A stretch of 64,000 bases of DNA from Thainema sp. Its GTDB lineage: Bacteria > Cyanobacteriota > Cyanobacteriia > Phormidesmidales > Phormidesmidaceae. The translations under genes were made by a program, and so were the position numbers. A model generated the notes under the pieces. It saw nothing but the letters and a program-made list of their open reading frames with translations, was not told the origin of the DNA and made no database searches. Shown here one piece after another: positions 41,624 through 50,722 of this stretch. The stretch spans positions 1-64,000 of the forward strand of contig JBQLZK010000022.1 of assembly GCA_052168235.1 (NCBI GenBank). The letters run 5' to 3'. Position 1 is the stretch's first letter. Every line of letters starts with the position of its first letter.

Positions 41624-41991
41624 CGAACTAGTTTGGCGTCATAGCTATATTCATCATTACCCCTACCCAGCCGTTCCGCAATCTCAACACTCGTCATCAA
41701 ATCTTGAAATAACCGACCTCTCTCTGAAGACAGATTAAAATCACCCGCATAGAGATAGTGTTTTAATCTCTAATTCGGTTCAAGATAGAGAGGTAGGTTT
41801 TGCCCAATCCATTCAGCACTGAACAGCGAGTTCCATCATTTAGCAGATGAGCCTTCTAGTTTAGGTGTTTAGAGTTAGATTCAAGCTGGGCACCCTATGA
41901 AAAAAGCAGGATCAGGCCGAAAAAAGCAAGATCGTCTGTGGATTTATATATGTGTAATGTATAGCTTCTCATTTTGATTTAGTACGCCCCC

Positions 41992-42165
41992 ATGAATAAC
42001 AATCATCACACTCCAACGAACCAACACACTTGGCTAAAACTCAGACTTTGGGCACTCCGCAATCTGCCCATTTTCCCCAAGGTGAGACGGACTTATCACG
42101 TTGATCATCTCAAGCGCTGTCTGAAGCTGCCTGCCAAAGAGCTATCTCCTGATTCATTCCTTTAA
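41992..42165 (+). CDS. Possible 57-aa small protein (below the ORF-track cutoff)
   Basis: MNNNHHTPTNQHTWLKLRLWALRNLPIFPKVRRTYHVDHLKRCLKLPAKELSPDSFL; terminator-like hairpin follows at 42241. Confidence 0.3.
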   Translation: MNNNHHTPTNQHTWLKLRLWALRNLPIFPKVRRTYHVDHLKRCLKLPAKELSPDSFL

Positions 42166-42240
42166 TTTATGTTGAGGCCAATCAATAGATCGCTCTCTTC
42201 CCCCATGCCAAGTGCTCAAATTGCACAGCAAAAAACAAGA

Positions 42241-42267
42241 TAAAAGCCCTGCTATGCGGGGCTTTTA
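42241..42267. terminator. Intrinsic terminator-like hairpin
   Basis: TAAAAGCCCTGC-TAT-GCGGGGCTTTTA. Confidence 0.55.
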
Positions 42268-42291
42268 CTATGTCTAGTTCAAATTCTCATC

Positions 42292-42690
42292 ATGTTGCAC
42301 ATTTTTGTTTACGGCACGCTTAAACCAGGCTTTCACAACTACCACCGTTACTGCGCTGGCCATACCCAGCAGGAGCAGCTGGCACTGGTTAACGGCACAC
42401 TCTATGGTCTTCCAGTGGGCTATCCCGGTTTAACAATTGGCCCTAATTGGATCAAAGGCTATCTGCTCTCGTTCCCAGTTGATCTGGCGGAGCAAATACT
42501 GAACCAGCTGGATCAGCTAGAGGGCTATTCTCCCCATCAGCCTGCCCATCTCAACCAATACGAGCGGCGATGGACAGATGTTTTTACGCCGGACTATCAA
42601 AGTCTCGGTCAAGCCTGGTGCTATTACATGGAAAACACGACGGTGCAGCGACTAGGGGGAATCTTGATCCCCGAGGGAGAATGGTCATAA
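42292..42690 (+). CDS. Gamma-glutamylcyclotransferase-family (AIG2-like) protein
   Basis: IFVYGTLKPG, GYPGL and LDQLEGY motifs. Confidence 0.9.
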   Translation: MLHIFVYGTLKPGFHNYHRYCAGHTQQEQLALVNGTLYGLPVGYPGLTIGPNWIKGYLLSFPVDLAEQILNQLDQLEGYSPHQPAHLNQYERRWTDVFTPDYQSLGQAWCYYMENTTVQRLGGILIPEGEWS

Positions 42691-42890
42691 TTGCAGCGGT
42701 TGTAGTGATAGGGCTTTATCTATCGTTCGGCGGATACAAAAATTTATAAAACCCTCAAGGTGGATAGAGTTATTTGTAGTTTCCTATACTATAGTTAAGA
42801 CTAAAGATAAAGAGAAGAAATTCTCAAATTCTTCTTCCCTGTTTAGGGTTTGCTATTCGCAGATCGTTGCTACTAGAGGCTTGTGAACGC

Positions 42891-44597
42891 GTGAGTCAGA
42901 GTCCAGCCCAGTTAAGTCGTTATGATGCCGATGCGATCGCACGTTACTACCGATCCCGTCCGTTTTTAATCCTGTGGCGTGCTATTCGAATCGTCTGGAT
43001 GTTTACCGGATTTTTAATCGGCCTGCAGTGGGATCAGTGGTTTCATAAAGAAGCGGCCAGTAAAGGCAAACGGGCTACTCAACTACGACGGATTCTGACC
43101 CAGCTCGGGCCAACTTTCATTAAGGTCGGGCAAGCCCTTTCAACCCGCCCGGATTTAATCCGACCCGATTTTTTAGATGAACTGATCAAGCTACAGGATC
43201 AGTTACCGCCCTTTTCTAACCGAGTCGCGTTTGAGCTAATCGAAGCTGAGCTAGGGCAGGCTCCGGAGTCGGTTTACCGAGAAATTTCCCCCACCCCTGT
43301 CGCTGCGGCCAGTTTGGGCCAAGTGTACAAAGCTAAGCTTTACAGCGGCGAAGACGTGGCGGTCAAAGTCCAGCGTCCGGGCTTGCGACCGATCATCTCG
43401 ATGGATTTGTTCCTGATGCGCTGGTCAGCTAAGTGGCTGTCGCCGTTCTTGCCGCTGAATCTAGGTCACGATCTCACACTGATTGTCGATGAGTTTGGCA
43501 CCAAACTGTTCGAAGAAGTCGATTACCTGAATGAAGGACGCAACGCTGAAAAATTTGCGGTCAACTTCCAAGACGATCCACGGGTGAAGGTACCCGCGAT
43601 CTACTGGCGCTACAGCAGCAAACGCGTCTTGACGCTGGAATGGATTAATGGCTTTAAGCTGAACGATACTGCTGCGATCGCAGCCGCTAATCTAAATACC
43701 GAAGATCTTATTGAAACTGGTGTGACGACCGGTTTACGCCAACTCCTAGAGTTTGGCTTCTTCCATGCTGATCCCCACCCCGGTAATCTGTTTGCCATGC
43801 CGGATGGCCGGATGGCCTATATCGACTTCGGCATGATGGATCAGCTAGAGCAGGAGATGAAGGAAACGCTGGTTGATTCAGTGGTTCATCTAATCAATCA
43901 GGACTATGACGATCTGGCGCGGGACTTTGTCAAACTCGGCTTTTTAACGCCGGATACCGATATTTACCCGATCCTGCCAGCTTTGGAATCGGTATTGGGT
44001 AATGCGATCGGGGAAAGCGTGCGGGACTTCAACTTTAAGACGATTACCGACCAGTTTTCGGAGCTGATGTATGAGTATCCGTTCCGAGTTCCGGCCAAGT
44101 TCGCGCTGATTATTCGTTCACTTGTGACGCAAGAAGGCTTAGCGCTCAGCCTCAGCCCGGATTTCAAAATTGTGGATGTCGCGTATCCCTATGTCGCACG
44201 TCGGTTGCTGATGGGCGAAACGCCCTCGCTGCGCCGCCGCCTAATCGAAATCCTGTTCAAAGACGGCAAGTTCCAGTGGCAGCGCTTGGAAAACATGATC
44301 CGGATTGCCCGCGCCGATACAGGCTTTGACTTAATTCCTACCGCTCAACTGGGCCTACAGTATATCCTCTCGGAAGAAGGGCAGTACCTACGACGACAGT
44401 TGCTCCTGGCACTGACTGAAGATGATCGCCTGCATACGGACGAAGTTCGTCAGTTGTGGAACTTAGTTAAAGACGATCTGAAGCCCGCTCGACTGTGGGA
44501 TGCCGCTTGGGGTGCGATCGCAGATTTTTCCGCCGAACGCACAGCTGCGTTGATTCCAGCAATGGCAATGCTGCCAGATTTTAATCAAAACCAATAG
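42891..44597 (+). CDS. ABC1/AarF/UbiB atypical kinase
   Basis: LGPTFIKVGQ, AAASLGQVY, VAVKVQRP, FFHADPHPGN and DFGM motifs; start GTG 42891 or TTG 42867. Confidence 0.93.
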   Translation: MSQSPAQLSRYDADAIARYYRSRPFLILWRAIRIVWMFTGFLIGLQWDQWFHKEAASKGKRATQLRRILTQLGPTFIKVGQALSTRPDLIRPDFLDELIKLQDQLPPFSNRVAFELIEAELGQAPESVYREISPTPVAAASLGQVYKAKLYSGEDVAVKVQRPGLRPIISMDLFLMRWSAKWLSPFLPLNLGHDLTLIVDEFGTKLFEEVDYLNEGRNAEKFAVNFQDDPRVKVPAIYWRYSSKRVLTLEWINGFKLNDTAAIAAANLNTEDLIETGVTTGLRQLLEFGFFHADPHPGNLFAMPDGRMAYIDFGMMDQLEQEMKETLVDSVVHLINQDYDDLARDFVKLGFLTPDTDIYPILPALESVLGNAIGESVRDFNFKTITDQFSELMYEYPFRVPAKFALIIRSLVTQEGLALSLSPDFKIVDVAYPYVARRLLMGETPSLRRRLIEILFKDGKFQWQRLENMIRIARADTGFDLIPTAQLGLQYILSEEGQYLRRQLLLALTEDDRLHTDEVRQLWNLVKDDLKPARLWDAAWGAIADFSAERTAALIPAMAMLPDFNQNQ

Positions 44598-44598
44598 T

Positions 44599-44702
44599 CA
44601 TAGCGTTACGCGCTTAATTTAAGACTGATATTTTTGGGAAAGCCTCACCTTGTGAGGCTTTCCCAAAAATAATCGGTCTTAACCTACAGGCGTGGTGTTA
44701 TG
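44599..44702. mobile_element. MITE-like nested-hairpin element with perfect 19-bp core
   Basis: Outer CATAGCGTTACGC/GCGTGGTGTTATG; core ATTTTTGGGAAAGCCTCAC-CTT-GTGAGGCTTTCCCAAAAAT at 44630-44670. Confidence 0.55.
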
Positions 44703-44835
44703 CCATCCAGATTGGGGTTTAGCTGTTTCTATCTAAAACACTTTGCATAGAAACGTTACAATACTGTTTTGGATAACCCTGTTTTGGCGCTTTTGAGTAC
44801 TTGTCAATTGCCGCCACATAAACGGTTTATTAATT

Positions 44836-44940
44836 AATGTCGAGTCTGCTTGAAAACCCATAATTTATTTTTCGTAAAACGTTTGCTCCGCAAACGTTTT
44901 ACGAAAAATAAATTAGGTTCTTATACACAGACTTGATATA
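44836..44940 (-). mobile_element. MITE-like element, family C copy 2, with perfect 26-bp central palindrome
   Basis: TAATTTATTTTTCGTAAAACGTTTGC-TCC-(reverse complement) at 44861-44915; homologous to 28385-28484. Confidence 0.72.
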
Positions 44941-44971
44941 ACAGTCAATTCATCATTTATTTTCGAGGAGC

Positions 44972-45343
44972 GTGCCTGTGTATCCGACCCCGCCTTATCT
45001 GCTGTTACTAGTTGGCTTATTTACTGGTGTCACTTCTGGCCTCGCGTTTGAATCATCATTAAAGCAGATGGTTCAAACTTGGTATAAAAACCAAGATACC
45101 GAAACGTTATCGCATACTCGACGGACAGCCCTGAGGTTGCCCTACCTAGGAATTTGCATCGGCATTTGCCTATTTCTAGCTTCTGGTCTCGGCGTTTTTC
45201 TACTGCCCACCTGGTTCTGCTATGCCGTCAGCGTACCGATGACAATCTTCATTGGCTATCTGGTTTGGTCACAGCTTGGCGTCAACTTGACGCTGCTAGA
45301 GCGTGGCGGTTCTCGTGCGATTGATCTAGATGTACTAGAATAG
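44972..45343 (+). CDS. Small membrane protein, likely conserved in cyanobacteria
   Basis: Three hydrophobic helices; GAGGAG RBS before GTG; LERGGSRAIDLD C-terminus. Confidence 0.75.
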   Translation: MPVYPTPPYLLLLVGLFTGVTSGLAFESSLKQMVQTWYKNQDTETLSHTRRTALRLPYLGICIGICLFLASGLGVFLLPTWFCYAVSVPMTIFIGYLVWSQLGVNLTLLERGGSRAIDLDVLE

Positions 45344-45371
45344 TGGCCTCACCAAGCTGGCTGTTTTAATA

Positions 45372-46034
45372 ATGCCGGAGGATGTAATGTCTGATCTTGC
45401 TGATGCATTAGAGCATCTTGATCGATATCTGACTGTTCATGCTCCCATCATTGCAGAAACGCTAGCGCCAGGCTTGGATCTAAAAACAATTGAGGAACTA
45501 ACTGCGGATCTGCCGTTTGATTTCCCTGATGACTTATGTGAGCTGTATCAGTGGCACAATGGTCATCAGGGATTCGTTGATTTTGGCAGCAGCTTTATAC
45601 CGGCCTATATCTTTGAGAACCTATCAACTGTGGTTGATCTATACAGGCATGAGTTTGAGATGCACTTAGGCGATCCGTATTCAACCTGGGAGCAAAAGTG
45701 GCTGCCTCTGTTTTCTTATGAATCAGATTATCTACTTGGTGTGATTGGAGGGACTCCACAAACGCCAACCCAAGTCGTTGATTTTTGTCGAGAAGACCCA
45801 GACTATAGTCTGGCGTTCACGAGCATCACGAGCATGATGCAAACCGTGGCAGAATGCTTCGAGTCAGGAGCTTTTCAGATTCTTGACTATGACGAACAAC
45901 GTTTCGACCACGATATCAGCAATTTTTACAGCGTTCGTGTCAATAAAGTTGAGCATGAGCAAGACGCTGAAGAAGCTAAGGCCATATACGAAAAACATAA
46001 CCCTGGTGCGTCTTTATGGATGTTCTTAGGGTAG
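45372..46034 (+). CDS. SMI1/KNR4 (SUKH) family protein
   Basis: LAPG..IEEL..LPFDFPDDLCELYQWHNG and KWLPLF motifs. Confidence 0.8.
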   Translation: MPEDVMSDLADALEHLDRYLTVHAPIIAETLAPGLDLKTIEELTADLPFDFPDDLCELYQWHNGHQGFVDFGSSFIPAYIFENLSTVVDLYRHEFEMHLGDPYSTWEQKWLPLFSYESDYLLGVIGGTPQTPTQVVDFCREDPDYSLAFTSITSMMQTVAECFESGAFQILDYDEQRFDHDISNFYSVRVNKVEHEQDAEEAKAIYEKHNPGASLWMFLG

Positions 46035-46108
46035 TCGTATCTAATAAGCGCTTCTCATAAGCAGTGTATTTTGGCGCAGCTACCACTTACCCGATAAACC
46101 ATCATCCT

Positions 46109-47002
46109 TTACTGAATTTGCTGGAGCTGTTCGCTTGCTTTGTCGGCCCATTCGGGATTGCCCTGTTGAGCATACAGATCGCGCGCATATTCCAGCACCT
46201 GGCGAGCATCATCATATTGCTCCTGTTGAAGAAAGACCAAGCCCGCACCATAGTAAGCATTGGCGTAATTTGCATTGGCCTCTGCCGAGCGGCGAAACGC
46301 ATTCAGCGCGTCTTCATACCGATTTTCGCGAAACAGGATAGAACCGAGATTGTAATGGGCTTCGGCGTAGCGGGGTCGAATTGCGATCGCAGCTTCAAAG
46401 GCTGCTTTAGCCGCTTCCAGATTATTCTGCGCCATATAGTTCATGCCTAGGTAATAGCGAGGTTCTGGAGCCGTGGGACTAAATTCTGCCGCTCGCTGGA
46501 AAGCTGAGATCGCAGCGGGTACATTTCCCTGTAGCTGATAGACCAAGCCCAAGTTGTAGTGAGCTAGCCCCATATCGGGATCAAGAGTAACGGCACGATC
46601 CAAATACTGCACCGCCTGTTCCAAGTTATTCCCCTCCAGCAGTGCTGCTCCTAAATTGGCATAGGCCAAGGCAAATTCGGGGTCAGCCTGAATTGCTGCA
46701 TAAAACGCATCTGCCGACTGCTGGAGCTGTCCCTGCTGCCGCCTTGCCAAGCCTAAATTGTAATGAGCTGCTGCAAAGGACGGATCGAGTGCGGCTGATT
46801 GTTCAAACGCCTGGGCAGCAGCCTGAATATTGCCTGATTGAATCGCTTCTAGCCCTTGATTCAAGTAATCCTGAGCCGTAGCCGCTTGAGCAATCTGTAG
46901 TGGTTCCTGAGCCAGCACTGTTGGCACGAACCCAATTGGCAAGATGAATGCACCCAGCACCGTTCCCCATACTTTGATTCGCTTGTTATGGATGCTGTTC
47001 AC
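46109..47002 (-). CDS. Secreted tetratricopeptide repeat protein
   Basis: Signal peptide; about 7 AHYNLG-type TPR units. Confidence 0.9.
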   Translation of the reverse strand: MNSIHNKRIKVWGTVLGAFILPIGFVPTVLAQEPLQIAQAATAQDYLNQGLEAIQSGNIQAAAQAFEQSAALDPSFAAAHYNLGLARRQQGQLQQSADAFYAAIQADPEFALAYANLGAALLEGNNLEQAVQYLDRAVTLDPDMGLAHYNLGLVYQLQGNVPAAISAFQRAAEFSPTAPEPRYYLGMNYMAQNNLEAAKAAFEAAIAIRPRYAEAHYNLGSILFRENRYEDALNAFRRSAEANANYANAYYGAGLVFLQQEQYDDARQVLEYARDLYAQQGNPEWADKASEQLQQIQ

Positions 47003-47106
47003 CGTTTTGCTCTCCTCGTTGCACTGCTTGACCGGGATGCTTCCCTACAGTAGCTCAAGTTCAAAAGCTCAGGTATGAACCTTTGGCGCTTTTTAACTAA
47101 CACTGC

Positions 47107-47202
47107 TGTAGAGATAGAGCTCTTGTATCTTGATGAACAGGCCGCCCCATTGGGGCGGCCTGTTCATCAACTTAAATTGCGATACGAGTTATTCAAACTA
47201 CA
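47107..47202. mobile_element. Nested-hairpin element with perfect 19-bp core between divergent genes
   Basis: TTGATGAACAGGCCGCCCC-ATT-GGGGCGGCCTGTTCATCAA at 47130-47170; degenerate outer TGTAG..GTATC / GATAC..CTACA. Confidence 0.5.
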
Positions 47203-47415
47203 TACAGGCTCAGTTAAGGACTATCTCCAAACGGGAACCTTAGGATCAGTCTCAAAGATCAGTCCTAATGAGTTGTTTGTGACGTAACAACTGTCGGAAT
47301 TATCCGCCAACCTGTCGCCACATCTAAATCACACGAATCAGCGCCACGCATTCTGAGACTGTGAAAGATGTGATTGCATGCCTTTGTCCAGCCTTATTAG
47401 CAGGAGCATCAACCC

Positions 47416-48678
47416 GTGAGCCAGCCTGACCCCAAATTTATTCTCATCGTAGATGACAGCCCGTTGAATCTTGTTGTGCTGTCCCAAGCACTGGAAGCAT
47501 CTGGCTATATGGTCAAAATGGCAAACAATGGTGAGGAAGCACTCGCGCTGGTTGAGCAACATCAGCCTGAACTGATTTTGCTAGATGTGCAAATGCCCAA
47601 GCTTGATGGGTTCGAAGCTTGTCGTCGCTTACAAGCGGATCCAGCGACCCAAACCATTCCGATTATTTTTATGACGGCGCTGGCTGATCGGCAAGATAAG
47701 CTAACTGGACTCTCTCTAGGCGCAGTGGATTACATTACCAAGCCGTTTGAAGAAGAGGAAGTTCTGGCCAGAGTCAAAATTCACTGGCGACTCAAACAGT
47801 TGACTGACAACCTCGAACAACAGGTAGCCGAGCGAACTCAAGCTCTGCAGCAAGCTCAACTACAGATTATTCAGCAGGAAAAGTTGTCCACGCTAGGACA
47901 ATTGGTGGCTGGGGTGGCCCACGAAATTAATAACCCGATTAATTTTGTGACCAGCAATATTCGGCCAGCCAAAGAATACTTAACGGAGCTAACGGAACTG
48001 CTGAACCTGTATCAAACTCAGTATTTCCAAGCTACGCCAGAGATTAGCCAAAAGATCAAGCAGATGGATTTAGAGTTTGTGCTGCGAGACTTTTCCGAAC
48101 TACTGGATTCCATGCAGCTGGGAGCGGGACGAATCAAAGAAATTGCTGGATCTTTACGAAAATTCGCCCGAGTTGAACAAACCTCTTGCTCCACCACTGA
48201 TTTACACGAAGGGTTAGAAACCGCCCTCTTGCTGCTCAAGCACCGCCTCAAATCGGACAAGGAGCGCCCTGAAATTGCGGTCATCAAAAACTATGCTGAC
48301 CTGCCACTGGTTGAATGTTTTCCAGGCATGATGAACCAGGTGTTTATGAACTTACTGGCCAATGCGGTCGATGCCCTGGAAGAAGCCTGGCAAAAAGATC
48401 AGCGCGACTTGACGATTGAGATTGAGACGGCTATTTCCGGTTACGGCTTTGTGGCAGTTCGCATTACTGATAGCGGCTTGGGTATCTCTGATGACATCCA
48501 AGACAAGCTATTTGAGCCGTTTTTCACCACTAAAACAGCCGATAAGGGCACTGGGTTGGGCCTATCAATTTCCAAGCAAATCGTGGAAGAAAAGCACAAA
48601 GGAACACTGCTTTGCTACTCATCTCCCACTCAAGGCACCCAGTTTAACGTTGAAATTCCTGTCCAAATCGTTTCCTAG
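47416..48678 (+). CDS. Hybrid response regulator-histidine kinase (REC-HisKA-HATPase)
   Basis: [28 protein letters not shown] and KGTGLGL motifs. Confidence 0.92.
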   Translation: MSQPDPKFILIVDDSPLNLVVLSQALEASGYMVKMANNGEEALALVEQHQPELILLDVQMPKLDGFEACRRLQADPATQTIPIIFMTALADRQDKLTGLSLGAVDYITKPFEEEEVLARVKIHWRLKQLTDNLEQQVAERTQALQQAQLQIIQQEKLSTLGQLVAGVAHEINNPINFVTSNIRPAKEYLTELTELLNLYQTQYFQATPEISQKIKQMDLEFVLRDFSELLDSMQLGAGRIKEIAGSLRKFARVEQTSCSTTDLHEGLETALLLLKHRLKSDKERPEIAVIKNYADLPLVECFPGMMNQVFMNLLANAVDALEEAWQKDQRDLTIEIETAISGYGFVAVRITDSGLGISDDIQDKLFEPFFTTKTADKGTGLGLSISKQIVEEKHKGTLLCYSSPTQGTQFNVEIPVQIVS

Positions 48679-48685
48679 CGTCGGT

Positions 48686-49321
48686 TTAGCGCCGCCGCTC
48701 CTGAAGCTTACGGTAAACGTCTTTAATATCTACCTGATGATGAGCCAGCGCTATCAGGGTGTGATAGAACAAATCGGCCACTTCACCTGCGATCGCACTT
48801 TTGTCATCGTCCTTGCAGGCCATCACCACTTCGGCGGCTTCTTCACCAATTTTCTTGAGAATCTTGTTATCACCGCCTGCCAGTAATTTACAGGTGTAGG
48901 AAGATTCGTTGGGGCTGTCTCTGCGATCGCAGATCACATCAAACACCTGTGACAGGGTATCGGCAGGTGGCGCAACAACGGAGCCTTCAACTTGGTGGAA
49001 GCAACTGCGCTCTCCGGTATGGCAGGCCACATCGCCATCTTGCTCAACGGTAATCAGCAGCGTGTCGCTATCGCAGTCGTAGCGGAGCGATTTGACATGC
49101 TGGAGATGGCCGGAGGTTGCGCCTTTATGCCACAGTTCTTGGCGCGATCGGCTCCAAAACCAGGTTTCGCCTGTTTCCATTGTCTTTTGCAGCGATTCCC
49201 GATTCATCCAGGCCATCATCAACACGGTGCCGTCGAGATAGTCTTGCACAATCGCAGGCACTAAGCCCTGCTCGTTATAGCGAATTTGATCCACAGGAAT
49301 GGGCGCACTTATCGCAGTCAT
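48686..49321 (-). CDS. hisIE: Bifunctional phosphoribosyl-AMP cyclohydrolase / phosphoribosyl-ATP pyrophosphatase
   Basis: [31 protein letters not shown] and KKIGEE motifs. Confidence 0.96.
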   Translation of the reverse strand: MTAISAPIPVDQIRYNEQGLVPAIVQDYLDGTVLMMAWMNRESLQKTMETGETWFWSRSRQELWHKGATSGHLQHVKSLRYDCDSDTLLITVEQDGDVACHTGERSCFHQVEGSVVAPPADTLSQVFDVICDRRDSPNESSYTCKLLAGGDNKILKKIGEEAAEVVMACKDDDKSAIAGEVADLFYHTLIALAHHQVDIKDVYRKLQERRR

Positions 49322-49484
49322 GGTTTTCCTCAGCTAGCCGTCCGGATCATGATTATCTCGAAAAGGGGACAGTTGAGGCAAAAGAATCCCCTAATGGAAA
49401 TCGATAGGAATAATACGATCCCAAAATATCCTGTAGCGGTAGATTGAGCCGATTAATTGTGAGTTTTAAGCAAAACTGATCAAC

Positions 49485-49499
49485 AAAACCCGTCCCTAC
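49485..49499 (-). repeat. GTAG-type REP-like end
   Basis: Reverse complement GTAGGGACGGGTTTT; degenerate partner GTAGCGGTAGATT near 49433. Confidence 0.4.
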
Positions 49500-49922
49500 G
49501 CATGGTGAAATTGAAGGCATAACCCTAATCGAAAATTACGCCGATTGGAACTGTAGTGCAACTTGTTACGTCTACTACTTCGAGTACTGCTGGATCGAAA
49601 TGGAAACTGACGCCCATGCAACAGACGTTAGTATTGTTGAAATCCAGATTGAGGTATGAATCTGGAGCCTGCCGACGTTGGAAGGCTTTAATTTTATAGA
49701 AACCGTCAGGATCGACCTACAGAACCAAGGAAAAGAGATTTAGTCATGAGCGATGACAAATCAATGGCAAAGTCGCGTGAAACCTAAACTGACGCTGACA
49801 ATCAGCCGCTTTAATCAGCAGAGAGATGTCGTCTCGGAAACGAACGGGTTATGATCTCTGAATGAGAAAAACTGGTTCTGCATTGATTACGTAGATTGAC
49901 CACAGATTAAACCTGCAATTGG

Positions 49923-50468
49923 ATGAGACCTATGATTTGGATGCGTACACTTGCGACAACCGGAATTGCGATCGCGGCTTTGGGTGTAGCGACCGTCGCC
50001 CAAGCGGTGCCCGAGTCGTTTACTCAAGCGTCAACGATTGATGTTGACGATGCTGGTGAGGGAGAAGTCTCTGGCTCCGTTAGCACCGACCACGAAGTTT
50101 TTCAATTTGAGGCATCAGAGGGGGAAGTCGTCACCCTAGATGTCAACGTTACCGAAGTTCTATCAGGCGCAGAATACGAAGACAACGACTCCCAACTGTT
50201 TTTGTTTGACCAAGAAGGTAGATTAATTGCTGAAAACGACGACGAGAGTGAAAGCTCGTTCGAATCTCTGATTAGTGATTTTGTTGTTCCCAGCGACGGC
50301 ACATACTTCGTTGTTGTGACCACATGGGATAACGATCCTGTCCTTGATGAGGATGGATTGGTTGTTGAGTGGGGCAGCAACGGCAGCAGCAGCATTGAAT
50401 ACAATCTGTTGCTATCGAAGAAATCAGCCGCAACCACCACACCAGCAGAAGCAGAATCGGCTGAATAG
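49923..50468 (+). CDS. Secreted acidic PPC (pre-peptidase C-terminal)-like domain protein
   Basis: Signal peptide ending AQA; DSQLFLFDQEGRLIAENDD..DGTYFVVV motif. Confidence 0.8.
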   Translation: MRPMIWMRTLATTGIAIAALGVATVAQAVPESFTQASTIDVDDAGEGEVSGSVSTDHEVFQFEASEGEVVTLDVNVTEVLSGAEYEDNDSQLFLFDQEGRLIAENDDESESSFESLISDFVVPSDGTYFVVVTTWDNDPVLDEDGLVVEWGSNGSSSIEYNLLLSKKSAATTTPAEAESAE

Positions 50469-50501
50469 GCCTGCCTTGAAATCCATCAAATAACAACCGT
50501 A

Positions 50502-50692
50502 AACAAGAGGGGACGCACAGCGTGCGTCCCCTCTTGTTCATATCCTAAAAACCAGTCTTTATGGCTGTAGCAGCTAAGTTAAAACACGAACGCTGTTGTG
50601 GCGTGGCGATACCGCACCACAACAGCGTTCTAATTAATATGACCATCGCTATATTTTCGTGAAAGCCAGACACAGCCTGGCTTTCACGAAAA
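50502..50692. repeat. Three tandem long palindromes between convergent genes
   Basis: 17-bp stem at 50502-50538; 14-bp stem at 50588-50630 inside TGTAGC...GCTATA (50566-50653); 16-bp stem at 50654-50692. Confidence 0.75.
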
Positions 50693-50722
50693 AGTTTGGG
50701 TGCTTTCTAATCGGATTTGGTA

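Noticed and set aside
42776..42789. GTA-N8-TAC upstream of the ABC1 kinase
   Set aside because: Expected by chance many times in 64 kb; no -10 at the canonical distance and no functional rationale.
49764..49810. c-di-GMP-I riboswitch-like GGCAAA..GAAA..GACGC
   Set aside because: The P2 arms are not complementary and the GCAAAGC/P3 part is missing.
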